Positions 1 to 10,365 of a stretch of DNA of 56,095 nt are shown piece by piece. The notes under the pieces were generated by a model. The model saw nothing but the letters and a program-made list of their open reading frames with translations, did not search any database and was not told the origin of the DNA. The stretch's first letter is position 1, and each line of letters opens with the position of its first letter. Source of the DNA: Candidatus Levyibacteriota bacterium (GTDB lineage: Bacteria > Patescibacteriota > Microgenomatia > Levybacterales > UBA12049); contig JAJDCG010000002.1 of the NCBI GenBank assembly GCA_029260965.1, positions 190,707 to 246,801 on the forward strand, in the 5' to 3' direction. Position numbers and translations under genes: made by a program.

Positions 1-378
1 AAAGGTTTTATTGACTGGGTAGTAAGATATGGACACATATTAGCTGTTGTTTTTGGTGCGCTAGGTGTACTCGGAGCAATTCAAGCATATTCTGCTTACT
101 CAGTTATATCAGCAAATCCATTCTACGCAAGTGTTGGTTACGGAACATTTGCAGGTAAATATTATATTTCATTAATTGCGGGAGGCATCTCATCACTTCT
201 AGTTTTGCTATCTTACTCAGGTCTTAAAGCGCGAAAATTAAGTGGATGGAATATGCTTTCCTGGAGTGTGGTTGTTAGCGTTGTGGGTTCAGTTATCGCG
301 GGACAGTTGGTTGGTGCCCTTATCTCTTTTCTTATTGGTTTTTACGTTTTATTTCAACTAAAACCTCACTACAAATAA
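1..378 (+). CDS. Membrane protein, 5'-truncated by window edge
   Basis: Frame 1 is open from base 1 (KGFIDWVVRYG...) to TAA at 376-378 and has several hydrophobic segments. Confidence 0.8.
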   Translation, partial: KGFIDWVVRYGHILAVVFGALGVLGAIQAYSAYSVISANPFYASVGYGTFAGKYYISLIAGGISSLLVLLSYSGLKARKLSGWNMLSWSVVVSVVGSVIAGQLVGALISFLIGFYVLFQLKPHYK

Positions 379-410
379 ATATATAACCTGACTTTATCTA
401 TTAATCTTAA

Positions 411-425
411 TGTGATACGATCACA
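411..425. promoter_or_regulatory. Palindrome TGTGAT-ACG-ATCACA, possible operator
   Basis: Perfect 6-3-6 inverted repeat just upstream of the dehydrogenase start. Confidence 0.35.
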
Positions 426-442
426 GTATATTTTTGTGCTTT

Positions 443-1573
443 ATGAAGAAAATATTGATTGCACTTTTTTTAATGACTTTGGTTTTGATTGCTGGCAGTT
501 TTTTTGTAACTAACGAGACAAAGCAGGAAAAAGTAAATCCCAGTCCTACGGGTCTTAATATTGCAGATAAGGGGTCAGATGAATCTTCTCCCTCAGTTGT
601 TACAGAAAATCTCGATACACCATGGAGCATGGTTTTTTTACCATCAAAAGATCTTTTGATAACAGAAAGAAATGGTGCTGTGAGGTTGGTAAGGAATGGT
701 CAGGAAAATGCTGTTCAGATTGCAAGAGTGCCTGGTGCTTATGAAGTAGGAGAAGGAGGGCTTTTGGGTGTCACACTAGATCCTGATTTTGAGAAAAATA
801 GTTTTGTTTATTTTTACTTCACCTATAGCCAGAGCAATGGAAACACTCTCAATCGAGTGATAAGGATGAAATACACAGATGGTTCTCTAGGTGAAGAAGA
901 GATGGTCCTAGATAATATTCCTGGTGCCTCCAATCATAATGGCGGTAGAATAAAATTTGGTCCTGACGGTTTGCTCTATATAGCAACAGGAGATGCACAA
1001 AATCCATCATCCGCACAAGATACTGAATCACTTGCAGGTAAGATCCTGAGGGTTACACCTGATGGCTCCCCTGCTCCAGGAAATAAATTTAATAACAGAA
1101 TTTACTCATATGGTCATCGAAATGTACAGGGATTAACCTGGGATGATGAAGCTAGATTATGGGCTACAGAGCATGGTCGTTCTGGTGTTTTGTCGGGGTT
1201 GGATGAATTGAATCAGATTGATTCTGGTAAGAATTATGGATGGCCTGAGATACAGGGAGATGAGAACCTAATTGGGATGGAAACAGCAAAGAAGAATTCG
1301 GGAAATACCACCTGGGCTCCTGCTGGTGCTGTATTCTATGATGGTTCAGTTTTCTTCACTGGGCTTAGAGGCGCAGCATTATATGAAGCTGTGCTTGATG
1401 GTACCAGCGTTATGCAAATTAAGGAACATTTCAAAGGAGAGTTCGGACGTCTCCGCGACGTAATTTTAGGTCCTGACAATATGCTCTATGTTGCAACCAG
1501 CAACATGGACGGGAGAGGAAGCCCTAAAAAAGGCGATGACAAAATCATCAAAATCAATCCGTCTAACCTTTAG
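443..1573 (+). CDS. PQQ-dependent sugar dehydrogenase (GSDH beta-propeller family), N-terminal anchor
   Basis: GEGGLLG, HNGGRIKFGPDG, YGHRNVQG, NYGWP and GRLRDV motifs; ATG at 443 preferred. Confidence 0.9.
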   Translation: MKKILIALFLMTLVLIAGSFFVTNETKQEKVNPSPTGLNIADKGSDESSPSVVTENLDTPWSMVFLPSKDLLITERNGAVRLVRNGQENAVQIARVPGAYEVGEGGLLGVTLDPDFEKNSFVYFYFTYSQSNGNTLNRVIRMKYTDGSLGEEEMVLDNIPGASNHNGGRIKFGPDGLLYIATGDAQNPSSAQDTESLAGKILRVTPDGSPAPGNKFNNRIYSYGHRNVQGLTWDDEARLWATEHGRSGVLSGLDELNQIDSGKNYGWPEIQGDENLIGMETAKKNSGNTTWAPAGAVFYDGSVFFTGLRGAALYEAVLDGTSVMQIKEHFKGEFGRLRDVILGPDNMLYVATSNMDGRGSPKKGDDKIIKINPSNL

Positions 1574-1617
1574 TTTGTTCACACAATATTTATGTAATTA
1601 ATGCTATTATCTAGGTA

Positions 1618-3420
1618 ATGAAAAAAATCCTCATTTTATTTTTTTGTTTGATACTTCATTTATTTCCTTCTTTAGCATTTGCCCAGGAGGGCTGGGTTAT
1701 CAATAACTTTCATTCTGAAATTCAGATAAAGAAAACTGGTGAAGTGTCAGTTGTCGAGAAAATTGATGTTGATTTTGGCAAACTTTCAAAGCATGGAATT
1801 TATCGCGATATTCCATATATTTACCAGGATAAGTATGGAAATAAAACATATACGGAAATAGACATTAAAGAGGTTACTCAAAATTATGCCCCTGCGAAAT
1901 ATGAAGTTTTAAGAAATGGTTATAATCTTCAAATTAAGATTGGGAATCCTGACTTTACAATTTCAGGACAGAACTCTTATACAATCGAATACATCGCAAG
2001 GGGTGTGCTTCGGAGTGTTCCGGAATACGATGAATTATACTGGAATGCTACGGGTAACTATTGGCCAGTGCAGATAAGTAGTGCTAGTGCTAGCGTTAAG
2101 TTGCCGGAAGGCGGAATTATCAAAACTTCTTGTTTTGAGGGATATGCGGGATCAAGCAGCGTTTGCAAATCAACCACTGAATCCTCTTCTGCAAGCTTTG
2201 TAGCAAATCAAGTACTGAATGAAAATCAAGGAATGACAATTGTTGTCGGTTACAAAAAAGATTTGGTTCCGCTTATTACTATCGAAGAGCCAAAATCATT
2301 TTGGGAGAAATTTACCGAGAGAGAATCTTTAACAAAGCTATTTTTGGGCTTAGCTTTTATAGTTATTGTAGCTTTTGGCGTATGGCTGAAGTATGGTCGC
2401 GATTATTGGTTTGGTGATGGAATATTTGGAAGTAAAAAAGATCAGGGTGAGGCTAAGCCGATGGGAGCACATGAAACAACAGTTGTTGAATTCACACCGC
2501 CTGAGAAGTTAAGGCCAGCCGAGCTTGGGGTTCTGATGGATGAGAAAGCAGATACACTGGATGTAGTCTCAACTATTATAGATTTGGCTCAAAGAGGTTT
2601 TCTGACAATTACAGAAATTCCGAAAAAATGGGTTTTTGGAGAAACAGATCACGTTTTGAAAAAGTTGAAAAAGGACAAAACGGGATTATTGTCGTATGAA
2701 AATATACTATTAAACAAACTGTTTGAAGGAAGAAGCGAAATTGCCATATCTGATCTTAAATCAAGCTTTTCTGAAGAGCTAACAGAAGTAAAAAAGGAAC
2801 TATATAAAGAGGTGGTTTCAAAGGGGCTATTTCCTTCAGATCCTGAAAAAGTACGAAAAAAGTATACAATTGTTGCTCCGACCCTGTTTGTATGGGGAAT
2901 TTTGATGATAGTAATTATGATTTATGAACTGGATAACGTCGTAGCAAATGATAAACAGCTAACAAACTCAGTCAATCTTGTTAATATTGGCATTGTTTTA
3001 GTTTTTCTTGGAATAGTGCTCTTAATCGTAGGACGCTATATGCCTAGGCGCACTGCTTATGGCCGTGATTTATACAGAAGAATAAAAGGATACCGCCTAT
3101 TTATTGAAAAAGCTGAAAAACATAGACAAAAATTCTTTGAAAAGAAGAATTTGATAAATGAAGTTTTACCATATGCAATAGTTTTTGGTCTAACAGGCAA
3201 ATTTGCAAAAGCAATGGAAAGTATGGGCATATCCCCTGCTGCAACTGGTTGGTACAGTGGTACACATCATATGAATATGCACGCGCTTGGATCAAGTATG
3301 GATAGTTTTTCTAAATCTATATCAACTGCTATTGCATCTACTCCTTCCTCAAGTGGTGGTTTTTCTGGAGGTGGATCATCTGGTGGTGGTTTTGGTGGTG
3401 GTGGAGGTGGGAGTTGGTAA
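1618..3420 (+). CDS. DUF2207 domain membrane protein
   Basis: Signal peptide, HGIYRDIP, ELYWNATG, LPYAIVFG and C-terminal GGGFGGGGGGSW. Confidence 0.9.
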   Translation: MKKILILFFCLILHLFPSLAFAQEGWVINNFHSEIQIKKTGEVSVVEKIDVDFGKLSKHGIYRDIPYIYQDKYGNKTYTEIDIKEVTQNYAPAKYEVLRNGYNLQIKIGNPDFTISGQNSYTIEYIARGVLRSVPEYDELYWNATGNYWPVQISSASASVKLPEGGIIKTSCFEGYAGSSSVCKSTTESSSASFVANQVLNENQGMTIVVGYKKDLVPLITIEEPKSFWEKFTERESLTKLFLGLAFIVIVAFGVWLKYGRDYWFGDGIFGSKKDQGEAKPMGAHETTVVEFTPPEKLRPAELGVLMDEKADTLDVVSTIIDLAQRGFLTITEIPKKWVFGETDHVLKKLKKDKTGLLSYENILLNKLFEGRSEIAISDLKSSFSEELTEVKKELYKEVVSKGLFPSDPEKVRKKYTIVAPTLFVWGILMIVIMIYELDNVVANDKQLTNSVNLVNIGIVLVFLGIVLLIVGRYMPRRTAYGRDLYRRIKGYRLFIEKAEKHRQKFFEKKNLINEVLPYAIVFGLTGKFAKAMESMGISPAATGWYSGTHHMNMHALGSSMDSFSKSISTAIASTPSSSGGFSGGGSSGGGFGGGGGGSW

Positions 3421-3548
3421 AATCCTATAGCGAGATTGCTTTTTATTTGTATAGCTGCTATAATGTGTCTTATATCTATAAAGATATGAGCTTCATTCGA
3501 CTCCTTCAAAAGGTTTATGTCTGATACTCTTAGCAAAAGACATAAATT

Positions 3549-4742
3549 ATGTATAAAAAATACAATACAAACAGGTCTGGTGGTGGATCCAATGGGAATT
3601 TTAAAAACAGATTCTCTCAGAATCGAAACAGACGAGCCATCAAGGTGATAAATCCTCAGCTTTTTGTCAATAAAGCACGAGAGGTAGCGCCTCAGGATGT
3701 GTATGTTGCAGAAAACAGGTTTTCAGATTTTGAAATTTCAGATATCCTAAAGAAAAATATCAGTGATAAAGGCTATTCTATTCCGACTCAAATTCAGGAT
3801 CAATCAATACCTCATATAATATCAGGGCGTGATGTGATAGGGATTGCAAATACAGGTACTGGTAAAACAGCAGCTTTTTTGATTCCTCTTCTTGATAAGG
3901 TATATAAAAATATGCAGGAGCGAGTTCTTATCGTTGCTCCTACTCGTGAGCTTGCATTTCAGATAAATGAAGAACTGAATGCATTTGCAAAGGGAATTAA
4001 TATTTCAACATGCCTGGCTATTGGTGGATCATCAATGATAAGGCAAATTGAAAGGATCAAGAGAAATCCACAATTTATAATAGGAACACCAGGTAGGATA
4101 AATGACCTTATAAAAAGAAAAAGTCTTCAGTTGTCAGGATTTAAAAATATTGTTCTTGATGAGGTAGACCGTATGGTTGATATTGGATTTATTCAGGATA
4201 TTAAATTTATGATTTCGTTTTTACCAACTCCCAGGCAATCTCTTTTTTTCTCAGCAACTGTTGATCAAAAAACACGCGAAATTTTATCTAATTTTGTTAA
4301 TGACCCTGTTACAGTATCAATAAAAAAGACTGAAACCTCAGAAAGTGTTCACCAGGATATCGTCAAGATCAAAAACGGGCAGAAAGTTGATCAATTACAC
4401 GATCTTTTGAACATGGATAGTTATGAAAAGGTAATGATTTTTGGTAGAACTAAGCATGGAATTGAGAAGCTGACAAAAATGCTTATTGCCCGTGGTTTTA
4501 AGGCGGTATCTATTCATGGAAATAAATCTCAAGGTCAGCGCCAGAGAGCGCTTGCTGATTTTAAACAAGGTAGAACAAACATTCTTCTTGCGACAGATGT
4601 CGCCTCCCGTGGAATTGATGTTGATGATGTTTCTCATGTAATAAATTATGATGCACCAGAAAGTTATGATGATTATGTTCACAGAATAGGACGGACTGGC
4701 AGGGCAGGTAAAAAAGGTTTTGCAGTAACATTTGTTGACTAG
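3549..4742 (+). CDS. DEAD-box RNA helicase
   Basis: Q motif, TGTGKT, PTRELA, TPGR, DEVD, SAT, HRIGRTGRAG. Confidence 0.95.
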   Translation: MYKKYNTNRSGGGSNGNFKNRFSQNRNRRAIKVINPQLFVNKAREVAPQDVYVAENRFSDFEISDILKKNISDKGYSIPTQIQDQSIPHIISGRDVIGIANTGTGKTAAFLIPLLDKVYKNMQERVLIVAPTRELAFQINEELNAFAKGINISTCLAIGGSSMIRQIERIKRNPQFIIGTPGRINDLIKRKSLQLSGFKNIVLDEVDRMVDIGFIQDIKFMISFLPTPRQSLFFSATVDQKTREILSNFVNDPVTVSIKKTETSESVHQDIVKIKNGQKVDQLHDLLNMDSYEKVMIFGRTKHGIEKLTKMLIARGFKAVSIHGNKSQGQRQRALADFKQGRTNILLATDVASRGIDVDDVSHVINYDAPESYDDYVHRIGRTGRAGKKGFAVTFVD

Positions 4743-4787
4743 CTTCCAATTGTTGTAAACAGATTTTATTCAGGTTAGAATAAATCT

Positions 4788-6296
4788 ATGCTTAAAGGAC
4801 TTGATAGTCTCCTCAACAGAGTAACGATCTACCGTTTGATGCTTTATTTTCTATTTGCGTTGTGGACGATTGCATTAATTTTTAGTTTTTTGAAAATACT
4901 ACCCTATGATTTTATTAATCTTTTTTTAACAAGCATATTTATAGTTTTCGCCTGCTTATCTTTTAATCAAATATTTGCCAAAATATCCAAAGTAAGTCCC
5001 AATATTGAATCGCAATTAATAACAGGATATATTTTGGCATTCATTGTGGGCCCGTTAGAGTTTTTGCCAAACGTGTTGTTTCTCATGTTGGTTTCAGCAA
5101 TCGCAATGGCCTCAAAATATGTATTACTTTTCAGAAAGCAGCATTTTTTCAACCCAGCAGCACTTGCTGTAGTTATTACTGCTATTTTCCTCGGTCGTGG
5201 CGCTAGTTGGTGGATTGGCGATCCTTTGATGTTGCCATTTGTTCTTATATTTGGGCTTGTGATGGTTCGTAAACTAAAAAGATTTCACTTGATTATAAGC
5301 TTTTTGTTAAGTTTTTTGGTAGCTTTATCGGTTTTAAATTTGGAGACCTTTTTAACCAATCCTGCATTTTTGCGCTCAGTTCTTCTATCTCCTCCGCTTC
5401 TTTTCTTTACGTTTGTGATGCTGACAGAGCCTATTACTTCTCCTGCTGATCGAAGAATGAGAATTTACTTTGGTGTATTTACAGGTATTATTTATGCTTT
5501 TTATACTCTGTATCTTGATGTTTTTTATACACTAGAACTATCGCTACTTAGCGCCAATCTGGTATTCAGATTTCTTAGCTCCAATAAGCGATATATGCTT
5601 GTGCTAAAAGAAAAACGTGAAATTGCAAAAAGTATTTGGGAGTTTATTTTTGAACCCGAAAAGAACTTTAATTTTACACCTGGACAATTTATGGAGTGGA
5701 CTGTACCTCATAAAAGACCTGATGCCAGAGGTGTCAGGCGTTATTTTACAATTGCTTCATCCCCTACTGAGAAGAATATAAAAATTGCTGTTAAAGTCCC
5801 TGATGAACCTAGCACCTTTAAAAAATCCTTAAAAGACATGAAGAAAGGGGACGAGGTGTATACTGCCAACCTGGAGGGAGACTTCATCCTACAAAAAGAC
5901 CCAAACCTGCATTATGTTTTTATAGCAGGAGGAATTGGCGTGACTCCATATAGAAGCATCATCAAATATATGCTTGATAACAGGGAAAATCATCCTGTTA
6001 CTCTTTTTTATATTGCTAAAAATGATAAAGAGTTTGTGTATGATGAGCTTTTTGAGACTGCAAAATCAGTAGGTGTCAATACAATACGCGTAATATCTGA
6101 TACGCCTCCAGATAGATGGAAGGGTGAAACGGGGCATCTGAATGCTGATATTATAAAACGGCATGTTGATGATCCTGAGAGTGCGCTATACTACATATCA
6201 GGCCCTCCAATGATGGTTGATGCCTACAAGGATCTTCTCCATCAAATGGGGCTAAAAGGCTCTCAAATAAAAACAGATTACTTCCCAGGGTATTAG
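4788..6296 (+). CDS. RnfD/NqrB-like membrane domain fused to FNR-type FAD/NAD(P) oxidoreductase
   Basis: N-terminal TM region with FNPAA and MLTEPITSP; C-terminal RYFTIASSP, AGGIGVTP, YISGPPMMV. Confidence 0.85.
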   Translation: MLKGLDSLLNRVTIYRLMLYFLFALWTIALIFSFLKILPYDFINLFLTSIFIVFACLSFNQIFAKISKVSPNIESQLITGYILAFIVGPLEFLPNVLFLMLVSAIAMASKYVLLFRKQHFFNPAALAVVITAIFLGRGASWWIGDPLMLPFVLIFGLVMVRKLKRFHLIISFLLSFLVALSVLNLETFLTNPAFLRSVLLSPPLLFFTFVMLTEPITSPADRRMRIYFGVFTGIIYAFYTLYLDVFYTLELSLLSANLVFRFLSSNKRYMLVLKEKREIAKSIWEFIFEPEKNFNFTPGQFMEWTVPHKRPDARGVRRYFTIASSPTEKNIKIAVKVPDEPSTFKKSLKDMKKGDEVYTANLEGDFILQKDPNLHYVFIAGGIGVTPYRSIIKYMLDNRENHPVTLFYIAKNDKEFVYDELFETAKSVGVNTIRVISDTPPDRWKGETGHLNADIIKRHVDDPESALYYISGPPMMVDAYKDLLHQMGLKGSQIKTDYFPGY

Positions 6297-6340
6297 GCTA
6301 ATTAATTGACAATATAGGATAAAAAGCTATAATTCCCCTA

Positions 6341-7042
6341 ATGACTGAAAGTCAACCAAGAACAGAGCAGGGTGAAAAGGCAAAGCGCGTTTTTTCAGAG
6401 GCTGTTAAAAGTACTGCTGAAAAAGGCAATACAACGCTTGGTATAAGTGGTAATGTGATTTCTGTTGGCGGTTTGGACGTGGGAGTTATTTACAGTGGAG
6501 ATCCACCCTTCTATGGTGTTTTTATTCAAGAAAAGCAAGACGGCTATACTGCTGTTCCGCTTTATGAAATTGGCTTAAGCTATGATCTACCTGATTCAGA
6601 TACACATAAGGTAAGAAAAGAAGTAGAGTTTAATAACAATGGCAGAACTATAAAAGAAATGGTCGATTCTTCTGTTAGCATTTTGAATATGCAAAAGCGC
6701 AAGCCAAGCAGTGGATCCGGAAGAAGAGCGATAGATACAAGAGATTTTTTGGAGCAAGCTTTGAGGAGTATTGAAGAGACTGAGCCAACCCATGAAGACC
6801 CCACAGACCCTGATATTAGTGCTTTATTTGATGAAACACTTTTTGTTGAAAAAGCTGAGAGGCATGCAGATGAAGGAGCTGAAAATATGGCGCTAAGGGA
6901 AGAGCAGGGGGATGCAGGATTTTTTGATATGGAACCAGGTGATGTGATGGAGATTGCAAGAGCTATAAGCATGTCCGTTTCTTCGAACCAAGAGGAAAAA
7001 GAAAAAGCAGAAAAAATTTTTAGAAAAGTTTTGGATATTTAA
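6341..7042 (+). CDS. Hypothetical acidic protein
   Basis: 233-aa ORF preceded by TTGACA-16-TATAAT; no recognised motif. Confidence 0.7.
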   Translation: MTESQPRTEQGEKAKRVFSEAVKSTAEKGNTTLGISGNVISVGGLDVGVIYSGDPPFYGVFIQEKQDGYTAVPLYEIGLSYDLPDSDTHKVRKEVEFNNNGRTIKEMVDSSVSILNMQKRKPSSGSGRRAIDTRDFLEQALRSIEETEPTHEDPTDPDISALFDETLFVEKAERHADEGAENMALREEQGDAGFFDMEPGDVMEIARAISMSVSSNQEEKEKAEKIFRKVLDI

Positions 7043-7066
7043 AATTTTTCCCGGAAAAAGCTGATA

Positions 7067-7711
7067 TTATTTTACAAATTCTTCAGATGGCAATTTGTAT
7101 AGGGTCGAAGGTTTTTTGTCAGGATGTCTGGCAAGGTAGTCTTTCACCAATTTGTAACCGATAGAATAAAGCGCGCGCTGGGGAATGTTTTCTTCTATTG
7201 AACCGTAAAACCATTTCCAATTCTTTGCTGATGCATGATCAAATTCTTCTTTTGCTTTTTCCATCAGCCCGTCTATTTGGTTTCTGTCAACAGCTTTTGT
7301 CCACCTACCGGCCGGCTTGCCTGAAATTTCTACTTCGAAATGATCCGCCAGACCCTCGTTTATAAACGATTCCAAAAGTGTAGGTTTTTTATCAAAAGTG
7401 TATTCTCTCAAACAATGGTAAAGCTCATGTGCGATAGTTCTAGGCAATTCTGTTTTTATCATTTGTTTTATTTTAGGAAAATCAGGGTCAAGCGGAATCA
7501 TTATAAAATTCTTCGTTAGTGCGTATCCTCCAACTCCGAGGTTTTTAATTATGCTTGGATCTTTTGGGAGATCAGCTATGACAATATCGACATTATCGAC
7601 AGGTATTTTAGAGGAAATTTTTTTTATTGCTTCCTGTGAAGCTTTATCAATAGCTTCTTTAAGCTCATTAAGCCTGCCACCTGTATTGAGAATGTGAGTG
7701 CATATATTCAT
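7067..7711 (-). CDS. DUF2268-like Zn-dependent protease
   Basis: AHELYH, then NEGLADHF, and YSIGY. Confidence 0.8.
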   Translation of the reverse strand: MNICTHILNTGGRLNELKEAIDKASQEAIKKISSKIPVDNVDIVIADLPKDPSIIKNLGVGGYALTKNFIMIPLDPDFPKIKQMIKTELPRTIAHELYHCLREYTFDKKPTLLESFINEGLADHFEVEISGKPAGRWTKAVDRNQIDGLMEKAKEEFDHASAKNWKWFYGSIEENIPQRALYSIGYKLVKDYLARHPDKKPSTLYKLPSEEFVK

Positions 7712-7714
7712 GGT

Positions 7715-8254
7715 TTAGAACTTTTCCGGGAAGAGTGAGCGGAGGGTTGGGTTTTGTTTATCTTTTTCTGATAAATTTGGATTTTTGGTATCCCATTTGA
7801 TATTTAAATCAGGATCATTCCAGAGCACACTATTTTCTTTTCCTGGACTCCATTCCTCGTCTGTTAAATATGTATAGTCTGCATCATCTGAAAGAACTAA
7901 ATAGGAGTTTCCAATCCCTACAGGGATAAAAATGCTTGATTTATTCTCGTCTCCCAGTATGAAAGATTCATATTTGCCAAAATTTCTTGAATTGATTCTG
8001 AGATCTACGACAACTGTTTGAACTCTGCCTCTTGTTACATAGATTAGCTTGTTCCATGGCGCAGTATGAATTCCCCTGAGTGTATTTTTTTTAGATCTTG
8101 CGTGATTTGATTGGACGATACGAAAATGCTGTCCAGTTGCTTTTTCAAGATCGTTTAGCCTCATTGATTCACGAAAAAACCCCCTATTGTCCTCATGCGT
8201 AGGTCTTTCAATTCGGAATACACCATCAAGAGTTGTTTTAAATACAGTTTCCAT
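7715..8254 (-). CDS. rmlC: dTDP-4-dehydrorhamnose 3,5-epimerase
   Basis: DNRGFFRES, TLRGIH, VVVDLR, WNDPDLNIKW, LSEKD; true start is probably ATG 8254, 7 nt after TATAAT. Confidence 0.9.
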   Translation of the reverse strand: METVFKTTLDGVFRIERPTHEDNRGFFRESMRLNDLEKATGQHFRIVQSNHARSKKNTLRGIHTAPWNKLIYVTRGRVQTVVVDLRINSRNFGKYESFILGDENKSSIFIPVGIGNSYLVLSDDADYTYLTDEEWSPGKENSVLWNDPDLNIKWDTKNPNLSEKDKQNPTLRSLFPEKF

Positions 8255-8312
8255 TACAGATATTATACACGATTTATTAAAAACTGAAAATTTGCTACTA
8301 TGTGTATAGCGC

Positions 8313-9593
8313 ATGGATTTTTTAGTAATATTTTCTCTCATACTTTTAAATGGTGTATTTGCCATGGCTGAGACAGCAGTGGTTGCATCGCGTAACTCCA
8401 AACTTAAACTGATGGCTAAGGATGGATCAGAAAATGCGCAAGCAGCGTTGGAGCTTTCAAGTTCACCAAACAGGTTTTTATCAACAATTCAAATTGGTAT
8501 CACCCTTATTGCAATATTTGCCGGCGCTTTTGGTGAGGCAACGATTGCTAGTTCATTTGAAAAGATCTTCTCTAGTATTCCGTTTATTTCTTCCTATGCC
8601 AATGCCCTGGCACTGGTAGTGGTGGTTGCAGGTATTTCTTTTCTTTCTCTTGTATTTGGCGAGCTTTTTCCAAAACGTGTTGCGCTCTCAAGTCCTGAAA
8701 AAATTGCAACAATTGTTGCGAAGCCGATGAATCTGCTTTCAATTCTTGCACGTCCTGGTGTAAATCTTCTTAGCAATTCTACAGATTTTCTTTTGAATGT
8801 TTTTGGAATAAAACATGGTAATGAGTTGCCTGTTAGCGAGGAAGAAATAAGAATGCTTATAAAAGATGGTGCTAGAGCTGGGGTTTTTAATCATGTAGAA
8901 AAAAATATCTTTGAGCGAATTTTCAGACTAGGTGATAAAAAAGTTAGTATGATTATGACTCCAAAACATGAGGTTGTCTGGATTGATATAAAAAATACAG
9001 ATAAAGAAATTAGGACGCTTGTTACAAAAAATCCTTTTTCATATTATCCTGTTTGTGATGACAGTCTTGATAAGGTAGTGGGTCTCCTCTTGACGGAGGA
9101 AGCATTGACACATTTTTTGACTGATAAAGAAATAGATCTGAAAAAACTTCTTCACAAACCTATTTTCATACCCGAGAGTATGGAAGCAATAAAAGTTCTC
9201 GAACTTTTTAAGGTAACTGGAATTCATATGGCAATTGTCATTGATGAATACGGCGGAATGATGGGTATTCTTTCACTAACAGATGTTTTGGAAGAGATTG
9301 TGGGTGATATACCGAGTCTGGATGAGGTGAAAGATAAGGATATACTCGAGAGAAAAGACGGTACATTTCTGGTTGATGGCTTAGTGTCAGTTAGTGAGTT
9401 CAAGGAATTTTTTAATGTAAAAAAAATTCCTGAGGATAAAACAGGGAGTTTTCAGACAGTTGGTGGGTTTGTTATGGATATGATGGATAAAATTCCTGTA
9501 CCTGGTGATAATTTTGAATGGGAGAGGTTTTATTTTGAGGTGATGGATATGGACAAAAATCGTGTTGACAAGGTATTGATAAAAAAAATTTAA
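8313..9593 (+). CDS. Hemolysin-family CNNM/CBS/CorC-HlyC protein
   Basis: AMAETAVV, LSTIQIGIT, GELFPK, VIDEYGG, DVLEEIVGDI. Confidence 0.92.
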   Translation: MDFLVIFSLILLNGVFAMAETAVVASRNSKLKLMAKDGSENAQAALELSSSPNRFLSTIQIGITLIAIFAGAFGEATIASSFEKIFSSIPFISSYANALALVVVVAGISFLSLVFGELFPKRVALSSPEKIATIVAKPMNLLSILARPGVNLLSNSTDFLLNVFGIKHGNELPVSEEEIRMLIKDGARAGVFNHVEKNIFERIFRLGDKKVSMIMTPKHEVVWIDIKNTDKEIRTLVTKNPFSYYPVCDDSLDKVVGLLLTEEALTHFLTDKEIDLKKLLHKPIFIPESMEAIKVLELFKVTGIHMAIVIDEYGGMMGILSLTDVLEEIVGDIPSLDEVKDKDILERKDGTFLVDGLVSVSEFKEFFNVKKIPEDKTGSFQTVGGFVMDMMDKIPVPGDNFEWERFYFEVMDMDKNRVDKVLIKKI

Positions 9594-9597
9594 ATTA

Positions 9598-10365
9598 CTA
9601 GTGTGCGTGACCAAGTAGAGTTGTTGAAGCATAGATAACTAGTACTCCAATCAGGAGCAACACGCTTTCAATGAGCGCATGTCCTTTTCTTTTTTCAAAA
9701 TGTATTTCAGGGATAAGATCAGATGTTGCTATATAGATGAAAAAACCTGCTGTGAGAGCAAGCAGTACAGGAATATTCCCCTGGATTTTATCTCCTATGA
9801 GATATGTTCCGATTGCACCTATAAATGAGATTCCAGCGCTCATGATATTGACTAGGATTACTTTTTTACGTTTTAAGCCCTTGTGCAGCATGAGCCCGAA
9901 GTCCCCTATCTCCTGTGGCAACTCATGTGCGAATACAGCAAGTGCTGTAACAATTCCCAGCTGAATATTTGTCATAAAAGTTGCAGCAATGATGACTCCG
10001 TCTATAAAATTATGCATACTGTCCCCAATTATGATAAGTGGTAAAGTCGTTTTTGTTTCCTTTTCATGCATGTGGTGTTCTTCGTGGTGATGGAACCAAT
10101 GGATACCTCTCTCAATTAGGAAAAACAGGATAATACCGAACAGGGTCCATGAAAAGACGTCAATCCCAAGTTCTTCACTTTCATGTACAGCTTCAGGTAA
10201 TAGATCAAAAAATGCGCTTCCCAAAAGCACACCAGCTGCAAATGATGAAAGAAAATGAGATATTTTTAAAGCAAGTTTTTCTTTGGACAAAAGTATAATT
10301 CCACCAATTAGAGCACCTAAGCTCCCTATAAATGTAAATAATAATATGTATGTTAGCGTTGACAT
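9598..10365 (-). CDS. ZIP family metal (Zn) transporter
   Basis: FAAGVLL, His-rich loop, HNFIDG, HELPQEIGDF. Confidence 0.92.
   Translation of the reverse strand: MSTLTYILLFTFIGSLGALIGGIILLSKEKLALKISHFLSSFAAGVLLGSAFFDLLPEAVHESEELGIDVFSWTLFGIILFFLIERGIHWFHHHEEHHMHEKETKTTLPLIIIGDSMHNFIDGVIIAATFMTNIQLGIVTALAVFAHELPQEIGDFGLMLHKGLKRKKVILVNIMSAGISFIGAIGTYLIGDKIQGNIPVLLALTAGFFIYIATSDLIPEIHFEKRKGHALIESVLLLIGVLVIYASTTLLGHAH

Noticed and set aside
8255-8401. N-terminal extension of rmlC in the ORF track
   Set aside because: Overlaps the divergent CNNM gene; family similarity and a -10 box point to ATG 8254
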